Assembly: GCA_003344405.1 (NCBI GenBank)
Contig: NOWV01000024.1
Span: 434,001 to 498,000, forward strand
Direction: 5' to 3'
Length of the DNA stretch: 64,000 nucleotides
Source: Trichoplax sp. H2
Lineage: Eukaryota
The translations under genes and the position numbers were made by a program. This document shows, piece after piece, positions 29,601 through 39,027 of this stretch (position 1 is its first letter; each line of letters starts with the position of its first letter). The notes beneath the pieces are model-generated. The model was not told the DNA's origin and searched no databases. It saw nothing but the letters and a program-made list of their open reading frames with translations.

Positions 29601-32600
29601 CTCCTGGTAGCCGGTTATATCGGTTTTCAACTATTTCTCAATATTTACCACATCCTTCTTCAGGCATGTAAATCTTGACTTTGAAAATTTTGATCAAAGT
29701 CATCAATATGAACCATAATTAAAAGTTGCAAATCGCATTTACTTCCGAATATTTAATTTGGAATATTATATTTAATAATTGTAGCTTCTTGACAAATTTT
29801 AATATGGCGAGGTAGCTATTCAGGATGGCTCCGAAACGATTTTATTTCAATTCATTACTAAGATTACTTTGACTTTTTCGCAATTGATATACCATCTTAA
29901 TTATTCCTTTTTTTGTGTAGCGTATTAACTTATCTTGGATCATTCCTCTATGGAAAAGGTAAAGTATAACTAAAATAATATAAGCATGATTTCATAAGAA
30001 TATTATTAAAAGCTACAAATATAGCAGATAACGCTACTTGAAAGTTAAGCTGGTAATTTTGATTTTACACTGCAGCATCTATTCATACACTTTAGATCTT
30101 ATGCATGTAATGAACTTAATTAGACATTGCAGCAGATATATTGTCCGAAATAATTATATTACATCATACCGTAGACCTGTCTTAATCAATTTAAGCAGCA
30201 ATTAGTATCATGCTAGGAACACTTCCACTACTATCATATATAGCATTCAGTGATATATTTCAACTTTAAACAGAGGATGTTGTAACATTATGATCTTATA
30301 TAGAAGATGGCTAGTATAGTAATATCCTAATATACGAATACTTATCATATACCGTTTAAGTACTGTATTGTATTACATTNNNNNNNNNNNNNNNNNNNNG
30401 CATCTATTCATACACTTTAGATCTTATGCATGTAATGAACTTAATTAGACATTGCAGCAGATATATTGTCCGAAATAATTATAGTACATCATACCATAGA
30501 CCTGTCTTAATCAATTTAAGCAGCAATTAGTATCACGATAGGAACACTTCCACTACTATCATATATAGCATTCAGTGATATATTTCAACTTTAAACAGAG
30601 GATGTAACTGCTATTTATCTTGACTAATTAGCTGATGGTGCTTATATCGACATTCGGCCGGATAATAGAAGTTGTATGTACATACGTCAATTTATTTTGG
30701 CTGGAACACATGCAACTAGTAGAATCGCCGGTAAGTTAGCCCAATTCGTTATTAAAACACATAATAAACCAGCTAAACAATACCTACGTTAATAAATGTG
30801 ATTTAAAGTCCTAAATTTGAATTGAAAAGCGATCAAATTTTTAGTAAGATGAATCATTTTAAATTTCTTAATTTATTCGGAAAAATTGCATTCCTTTTTG
30901 GTTTTATTTAGGCAATATTACCTGCAATTCTGATAATAGCACGTAAGCTCTTAAATTTTCTACTGAAGTTAATTCAATCTTGTCAGCAAAGTCTAGATTT
31001 AGTAAATTTCATGAAGCATAAAAAATAATTAAATTTTATTTTCAGGAGAGCATTTTTTATCAGTCCAATTAACAACACTAACTTAAAGTTAGTCATAGTG
31101 GAAGAAAGCAAGTCTGAGCTGTGCAATAACAATAGCGTGGTTTATTCACCATCAACAGTTGATATCCTCTTATCGTTCTCTAACTTTATAATTTAACAGT
31201 TATAGAGACGTCCGTAGTAAATAAGAAGTTCTACCCTAAAATAATTGTATGGTTTTTTTTTCATTGTTCCTGACAACAGTTGATGTAGCCATTGAAGAGC
31301 TATAACAAGCATCAGGATTTGCCTTGAGCTGTTATGTAGTATTTGCTTTAAACTCATTATGATCAAAGAAACATCAAACCTGAGACACTCATATATGCAA
31401 CTCGAAGAAGTAAAATCACCGAAGTTCATTCTTGAAAACTCGCAGTAAAAGTGTGAATATCACTTGTAGCATAAAATAGAAGTGCAAAAATCGATTTCAA
31501 TCAAATATAAATGAGCTTTTCTAATAAAATAAAATTAAAGTAAATGCTTTTCTATACATATAGCTAGTTGAATTACCTTAAATAGGAATGCCAACCTCGC
31601 GCATGAGATGAAGCAAACGCGAAGGCGATTATTATGAAAAATTTATATAACAGTTAAAACCTACACTAGTTACATTGGTAGATTTTATACTTAACTATCA
31701 CTGTATTTAGGAATTTTATGATATAATGTTATACTATGTGTTTCATCATCAAAGTTGATAATTATTCTTAACAGTCTGTACCGACAGCAGAACAAATTAA
31801 AAATCGAACTTGTACAGAAGATGGAAATTATAGAAAGGGGCCTGAATTCTGCTTTAAAAAGATTACTCCGGTAAGTGCGCTATATCGTTAGCGTATCTGT
31901 TGTGTATCACTATTTAGATTTAATACAGTACTAATAAGCGTATTGAAGCTTCATATTACTCTTAATTAGCATGGGAGACAAGAAATTGAACGCGTAGTTG
32001 AAGTTATTATAAAACTAATTACTTATTCGTAGTCCCTCCTTATTGTATTGAAAAACGGGGGCTATATCATGTACATGCGCCGTTCAAACTTACAACCTAA
32101 TGTAAAATACAAGTTTGTTTAACAGTGGATTCATTATTTTCAGCAGCATAATCCACAATTAACATGCAAAGTTAACAAATATAGAATAACACCTTTGTAA
32201 AATACTATAAACAATCAATCATGATTATTATTATGTGATCAGCGACAATCATAAGTTTGTAACATACTAAATTTCAGGTAATATCGAATTAACTTCAACA
32301 CATGATAGCACTCTTAAATATGCTATACTGACTTATGCTGTAGATAGTAATCCATCGGATTAAATGTGCAATCTAACAAATATAGCGTAATATATAATAG
32401 TATCTATTGACATAGCCTATGTTATATAACTATTTGTAAAACAATGACATACTATATTCGTTTCCAGATTATCAATAACTTACGCCAATTTCTAGTTTTA
32501 ATTTATTGGTCAATTTTTGATTAGGTTCCAACAAAAGGATGTAGCTCTGCATTGGCCAACTTTAACAGGAACGATATTTTACTATGCTGTATTTTAGCAG

Positions 32601-32626
32601 TGTTATTGAATTTCATCGCTATGTAA
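20625..32626 (+). CDS. CACNA2D: Voltage-gated calcium channel alpha2delta subunit (CACNA2D family), about 40 coding exons
   Basis: Signal-peptide exon 20625-20728 MMSQQRKFLTTVAFLAFIGIFNSHVIRGQQ; exon 21482-21563 INLWADQIGNEL; QIPTNVY; NDPNLRNQYFGGNDGVFRTFP; YDCRQRGWY. VWA domain SPKNVIILIDRSGSM...CQEAIVLFTDG. Cache segments WTSVYWD, LLGVMATDVP, GYAFVIDNNGLVLFHP, CFILDENAFVL, DYQGVC. Delta part YRKGPEFCF. Last exon 32525-32626 VPTKGCSSALANFNRNDILLCCILAVLLNFIAM* resembles a GPI-anchor signal. Orthology to a specific vertebrate paralog cannot be assigned. Confidence 0.95.
30075..30605. other. 20-N assembly gap (30380-30399) flanked by two near-identical ~206 bp copies (30075-30280 and 30400-30605)
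   Basis: Direct sequence comparison shows the copies differ by only a few substitutions (e.g. att/agt, gtag/atag, tgct/cgat). Confidence 0.92.
31162..31781 (+). other. U12-type (minor spliceosome) AT-AC intron in the alpha2delta gene
   Basis: The 5' end is ATATCCTCTT at 31162. A branch-site-like TTCTTAAC sits at 31765-31772 and the terminal AC at 31780-31781. Removal joins ...YSPSTV to ATAEQIKNRTCTEDGNYRKGPEFCF in frame. Confidence 0.88.
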
Positions 32627-34618
32627 AGCTATCAGTGTATGCTTGATAGATAATATTTTATATCAACTGCAGCAGGGCCATTTTTCTTTCGGCAGTTACA
32701 TTTATACAATTTCCAAGTCAAACTAATGTGTACAGTATATGAGGTGGTATATTTATTAAAAATTGTAGTGAAGATCATTTTACTTACGCATTATATTATT
32801 ACTACAGTATTTACTGTTATCATTCAACACGACAGGGTAATGGTTGCCAGTTGAAGATTTAGATGGCCAATTTACAGTTCCTTTTTTTGCTATTTGTGAT
32901 TGAATTTCAAAGATTCATTTTTTTATTGCTACAGTATAATAGAACAAGCCTCAACATTGCATATTTAGTGTATTAACTAAGCCGTGTCATTTTAGATTAT
33001 CATGGATTGATTTCATGTCAATATTAGTATTAGTATAACTTTATTGTTCATGTTCTTAGAATATGTTTACATGGTATACTACTCATCTAAATTATGGCGT
33101 TATTAGAGGAAAGTTGGAATTGGTAGATTGACTGGATTGCCTTTAGTAGGATGAATTTTTGATTGCTATCGTTTGTAATACCAAAAAATTGTTATTGATG
33201 GCAATTGAATAGTATGCATGACAGTAAAATAAAATATCCAAGTTGGCGGTGTGATTCTAATCGTACCCATATCTTATTCGTATCAACGTCAACGGGAAAC
33301 TTACCCTCCTTAGTTTTTCAACCTGGATAGATATGCCGTGCTTGCTATCTATGATTGATGATCTATGCGTACCATCGTTAGTATTGAAGTATATAATTCA
33401 TAGATATAACTACCCATAACAGAGTAGAAGATTATCATAAAATAATAACTTTATAGAACGCTGAAATTAGCGCCACACCTATGAATTACATATAGAGAAG
33501 TGGACTCTATTACAGCAGCATCGCACTCGCTGATGTCTCTATATTATTCATTCTAACCAAGGTGCGCTAATATACTTGATTTAGGCTACTTAACGAAATT
33601 CTAGGTCATAATATTGATAACAAAAACTAATTTCGTCCATGCAGTAATATTGTGGCACTAACTCACTTTCATTAAAGCACTGCTCTATACAGTATGCACA
33701 TACTAGGCTATCTTTCGAGTAGTCCTTGGTAAGTACATTATCGCCGATTGTGTATCACCAAACTACCATGAAGATAGCTTTTCATTTCATAGCATACAGC
33801 ACAGTATATCTCTATCCTGTCGTGCAGAGCAACGAAAGACTCACTGAGTGAGTTTTAAAGAGATACCTCATTTCTTTTTTTATGACACTACTGGACATTT
33901 TATACTCCGTATTTACTAACTACATACAGTACTGGAAAAATGAGTGTGTTACGTTTTGGAAACTCCTCTACTTTGTAATAAAAGTCCAACAGAATAAGTT
34001 ACAGTTGTAGTGAGCTTATAATATAGAAACTTTATCAACATAGCTAAGGAAAAGTTTCATTTCGTCGCAGAGAGGGATGGCCAGTGCAGCGAAATAACCA
34101 GCAAAAATACATTAGTCGACTTAATGCAGCGCTTGTTTAGTGCCCATCCTTTTCAGTCCTGTGATCATCAACGAGCGAGGGTCTACTAGTAATCATGATC
34201 ACAGGACTGTAGTGATCGATTTCTCTTCATTGATCAATCAATGATGATGATAGAGGATCCGATACTCTTCTATACTGTACCTTGTACAGAAATGGATGGT
34301 TGATAAAAACAATCTACCGTGTGAATATTGCAGTAGCAAGATAAAAATGGCTTGGCGTGTCCTACTGTCATTTCGCCAACGTCAGATACAATAGACTACT
34401 TGAACGGTGCATCTCCTCAGCGATGCCTCCAGATAAAATTTCAGCCCAACAGTCAAGAAGTCATCACAGTGTCCAATAGCGAAATGTCCCCGTTGAAAAA
34501 AGAAGTTTTAATTCATTTTGATCTACTTTACTTTAGTAGTCCAATATGATGGACGGGGCCGGGAGGAGAAGACCTAGTTTGCATCGTTTGCAAAGGTCTG
34601 CTGCAGACTTTTTGAGGA

Positions 34619-35035
34619 GGCGGACAGACATCTGGACTCATTTCGACTATACTACTCCAGTTACAGTACATAGAGGGACTGTACAGTCTACAATGCATCG
34701 AATACAGTACAATGTACTGTAATACTGTACGGTACTGGCGGACAGACATCTGGATTCATTTCGACTACAACACTACTACAGTAGTGGTGTAGTAGTGTAC
34801 AGTGTACAGTACTGTCCAGTACAGTACATAGAGGGGTTGTACTGTACACTGTACAGTCTACAGTACAGTACAGTCTACCGTACAGTTTACAATGCATCAC
34901 ATACAGTACAGTACAGCACAATGTACGCCAGTACTGTACAGTACTGGCGTACAGACATCTGGACTCATTTCGATTACGACACGACAACTGTACCGTAGCG
35001 GTATACAGTACTGTACAGTGTACAGTGTACAGTAG
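34619..35035. repeat. Three copies of a ~31 bp core (GGCGGACAGACATCTGGACTCATTTCGACTA) separated by TACAG/CTGTA-rich low-complexity spacers
   Basis: Cores at ~34619, ~34737 and ~34946. The spacers are made of tacagt/actgta/gtacag words. The ORFs overlapping this tract are by-products of the repeat. Confidence 0.85.
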
Positions 35036-35297
35036 AGTCCATGGGCTGCTCATTAGCAAGAGTCAAGTGGCTACTGTACTGCGCACGTGCAAAAAATACG
35101 CCCATGACATCGCACATGCAGCCGCTAATCCCATACTCTAGACTGCTCGATATCCCATCTAGTAGCTCACGCCCATACCAATAGTATACAATCGATCTCC
35201 AAACATAACATGAAAAGAAATCATACTGTAGTAGGTGATCCAAATTGCAAGGAAAGACTTCCATTTTGCTCAGCAACGCCTTCCATTCCACAGCAAA

Positions 35298-37916
35298 ATG
35301 ATGTCAGAAAATAGAAGCAAGCCCAACTGGAGTAGTGATCCACGTAATACGGCTTGGAGTCAAGGTAATAATTTATGAAAGGAGTAGATCCAACTGTTTC
35401 TCATGCCACATCAATACCATTCGGAGTGTAAGCTGCTGTACTCCATCTCCATGCCAATGCTAACTGCTTCAAAGTTGGAGGAGGACAAGATTGAACAAGA
35501 TGGTCTGATTGATGGTGTTTGTTTTGTTAATGAAGAACTGTTGCCGTCATCCGATGGCAAAGATACAATCGTTCAATTCATTTTAAGTCATCACTTGATA
35601 TAGCCAGGAAGTAGCATTGACAACGAATGATCTTGAATGCGACGGGGTCGTTTAACATTATCATTATCAATAACAATTTGCATAACTATCCTTTGATGGA
35701 TCGACTAATCACAATCCGCCAATCTTGTGATTGCTCAATTGCACATGCATGGCAGTTAAAGAATCATTTCCTACGTGGAAATGGTCACTTGCTCCATCAT
35801 GTTACTCTCGGCCGCATGGAGTTGTTCGTATACTTTCAATCCATTCTTTAGTATAAAAATAATATTGCTCAACTAGGATACTTTTGCAATTGAATACTAG
35901 TGTAGAAATGTTGACTAATGTCGTTCCTTATTCTTACAATAGCTTCATTCATACTCTACGTAAACATCACTTGATGCTAATGCCACAGAATCATCCACAT
36001 TATACTGGAATGAGTGTAATATTTGCCTTATGCCTAGAGATGTGCTTGAGCCATTATTTGGCGATATACTAATGGAGCCTAATACGTTGATTTTAGTACG
36101 TACAGTGCAGTGCTCTAATGGAAAAATAGCATGGAGGGAAAGGCTACGTGTAAAATACTACCTGATTCAATCTTCAATATGTCTCTAGCGTTAAATGCAA
36201 TATGCGCTGCACATCGGTACTGTATCTCTCTTTCACCTACGATAAATTTCTCTACTAAATATACGTAACCTTATCTCATGATGCTGCGAGTAGCATATTA
36301 TACGAGTTACTCCTACTTTATCATTTCTGTTGGCTATTCATGATGTTATCGTATCCATCGTAGAACAAATAGATTGGGATAAACTTTGTTACTTCGGATA
36401 AAAATTTAAAATATTGATAACGAGCCTTATACCCTGAGTATTCTCATTTTTTAATATACTTATGATGTCTATTCTATACTATTTCTTTAGATACGAACAA
36501 ATTTGGTTATCGAATGTTAAATAAAATGGGTTGGTCAGCTGGCAAAGGGTTAGGCATAAAAGAAGATGGTGATAGTGGCCATATCAAGATTAAAATAAAA
36601 AATAATAATTTAGGTAATAATAATAATAACAACGAATGCTTCAAATTGGATAGAACAACGATCAATCTATTTTCATCTATGAAATAAGATCAAAAAGTCT
36701 TGACAGCTTCTTTTCAAAGTACCAGTACAATAATTGACTACTTTCTTATGCTCTCTCGATATGTTCGTGCTGTACTGTATGTACTCGTACTTGCGTAGCT
36801 ATAGCAGCCCTACTAGCCTTGCATAACAAATAGACAAAATTGCCAATGATATAGTCTATGAAGAGCATTTATTCGTATGCTGAAAGAACTCTACTTTTTC
36901 AGGGGTAGGTGCTAATGTCAACAATTGTTCGGATTGGACAAAACAGCAAGATGATTTCAGTGTTCTTCTTTCGAATCTAAATAATGTTCATGGCCAGACA
37001 ACTACAGGTAAATAGCAAAATACTGTATAAATTCTGGCTTATCATATTTCAATATTTATTTCTATTGTACTGTTTCTTATACGAGAAATTGAAATTAACT
37101 TCGGTCAAGAGTGATGTTATATAGAGATGTTTTATATCATATTAAAGTACCGCACACTTCATATCGACACTGCCATAGATAACGATGAAGCTAACGAAAC
37201 AGCTAACAACAGCATTTTTAGGATGGCTGAGCTCAATGGAAAGAAAGCCAAGTAAGAAACTTTCAATCCGAAATTTGAATGTTCTTTTTCCTATTTACAC
37301 TACACTGATAATCGCTCATCTATTTAGGTATCATAAAGTTTTAAAATGCAAAGACGTACAAAATTATTCTAAAACTGATTTAACGTGTATATTTGGAAGA
37401 AGCCATAGCAGTTCAGAACTTTCGTCGGTTTGTGAATAATATACTTAAGCAATGAATGTAACAGTACATCTTGATATCGCATTATTGAAGTGATCAATCA
37501 TCTACCATTCTGCCATGATATGAAGTACAACTTTAAATTTAAAAAGACTCTTTTTTTATTTATAGATGGCTAAATGTTCTAATCCATCAAAAGATTCAAA
37601 TGATAAAAATTTTGGTGTCAAGACAATATCAAGTCAAATGAATTTAAAAGAGTATTTTGCTTCGAAAAGCCAAAATAAATTAGATGAGCCTAGAAAGAAA
37701 GCGAAACTGATCCCCTGTAAAGAAGAATCTGACGATTCGATTGATTCTAGAGCAGTTAGCTTTAAATTATATGATGACGAGGATACAAATGAATCAAATC
37801 AGTTCACTGATAAAAGAAACAGCAAGGATTGCGCGAATAGAAGTAAAATATCCTCAAAAAAGAAAAAACGAAAGGAGAAAAGGAAGAATAAAAAAATAAA
37901 AAAATCTTCCAAATAA
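35298..37916 (+). CDS. PINX1: PIN2/TERF1-interacting telomerase inhibitor 1 (G-patch nucleolar protein), 6 exons
   Basis: Exon 1 MMSENRSKPNWSSDPRNTAWSQ. Exon 2 (36491-36613) G-patch DTNKFGYRMLNKMGWSAGKGLGIKEDG..HIKIKIKNNNLG. Exon 3 VGANVNNCSDWTKQQDDFSVLLSNLN. Exon 5 YHKVLKCKDVQNYSKTDLTCIFG. Last exon 37566-37916 has NLKEYFASK and a Lys-rich tail. These match PinX1/Gno1 motifs recalled from the family. Confidence 0.92.
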
Positions 37917-38316
37917 ATATCAAGTAGCAATTACTTTAACATATATATACAAGGCACCAGGAGTATTTTCGTTTTTTTCGCACATCAACAGTTATGTAAC
38001 TAGAAAACTACTGATACAGCATTCATATTTGTAAATATTTTCATCATCCTATATATTGCTAAATCCAGCATCAAATGTGTTACAAATATTTTTAAATGCT
38101 ACTATCGATACCAGAAATAAATCTATTTTTAAAAGTAATTTGCTAAAACTACTAGCGTTATTGACTACTTTGCCCAGCAATTTTGAAACATCTTGCCACA
38201 GCTTAAGTTTAGAGATCAAAGTTGTCGTAGAATTCATTTGCTTTGCATTAAGTTTTATCTACAATCGAACTTGCAAAGTAAATTAGCTAGGTACACAGGC
38301 TAGCTGTTTATAACAT

Positions 38317-38862
38317 TCATGATAGATAGCTCTGTAAATTCGCTAAGTTATTAGCATCAATTTGCCCATGGCCATCAAGGTTAGCTGTATCTTGCAACAG
38401 CTTACACATAAAATTAATATAATAGATAGATAATTTTAAGGTATCGATTTTAGATAGTTTAGTCTCGTAAGAGAAAGTTGGTAAATGTTGGCGTAAAGTA
38501 TCGAAAGCACTATTCATAACATTCATACGTCTCCTTTCGCGATTATTAGCTGCTTCACGTTGTTCACCGGTTGGAGGCTTACGTTTTCGTCTTCTTGCCA
38601 TACTTGGCGTTGTGGCCGATTTCTTAGCAGGTCTATTGCTAAAGATTGAGGAAGGAGGTTGTCGTATGGAGGATATCGTTGTTGCACGTTCGGTTAAGTC
38701 GCCTTGATCGGAATTGAAAGTTGTGGTAGGAGAAATGAAGTAAATGCTATCTAGATCAACAAAACTATTCTCAATCACGTGTGTTATAGTTGCAGCATTT
38801 GCTTGATTTAATTCCATATCGATTATATCGAAATCTAAGTTAGTATCAAATTGATCCGCCAT
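38317..38862 (-). CDS. Single-exon class II bHLH transcription factor of the PTF family (PTF1A / FER3-FERD3L-like)
   Basis: 181-aa ORF containing [56 protein letters not shown]. The PTxxYE-xxLSK/R loop is characteristic of the PTFa/PTFb subfamilies. Confidence 0.92.
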   Translation of the reverse strand: MADQFDTNLDFDIIDMELNQANAATITHVIENSFVDLDSIYFISPTTTFNSDQGDLTERATTISSIRQPPSSIFSNRPAKKSATTPSMARRRKRKPPTGEQREAANNRERRRMNVMNSAFDTLRQHLPTFSYETKLSKIDTLKLSIYYINFMCKLLQDTANLDGHGQIDANNLANLQSYLS

Positions 38863-38917
38863 CTGGATTTAGTAGACTGCAGTTATTCTACTTGAGGACA
38901 CGGAATTTTTAACAGTA

Positions 38918-39027
38918 TTTATAACTTATTACAGTGGTATTGTCCATGACAATGTGAGAATTAGAAATCATAATCACAGATTGACCAATTTCATTTTATT
39001 GACATAATTAACAAAGTGTTGCAGCTG
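38918..39027 (-). promoter_or_regulatory. Putative core promoter of the bHLH gene: TATAAA, a CCAAT word and a CAGCTG E-box
   Basis: TATAAA on the minus strand at 38923-38918, ~55 bp upstream of the ATG. gaccaat at ~38983 and cagctg at 39022-39027. Motif match only. Confidence 0.35.

Noticed and set aside
34490..34560. GAAATGTCCCC ... ACGGGGC resembling RNase MRP P4 motifs
   Set aside because: The two halves are only ~55 nt apart, too short for MRP RNA, and the CR-V context does not match.
34619..35035. CRISPR-like repeat-spacer appearance (also 52326-52984)
   Set aside because: Eukaryotic context, spacers related to each other or absent, lengths irregular, and no cas genes.
34528..35291. 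Cys/Tyr/Thr/Val-rich ORFs on both strands
   Set aside because: They are translations of the TACAG low-complexity repeat.
3889..37916. A 'telomerase cluster' of a TEP1-like gene and PINX1, possibly with telomerase RNA nearby
   Set aside because: The STAND gene lacks the TROVE and WD40 domains of TEP1. I found no CTAACCCTAA-type template in a structured context between the genes. The link rests on names only.
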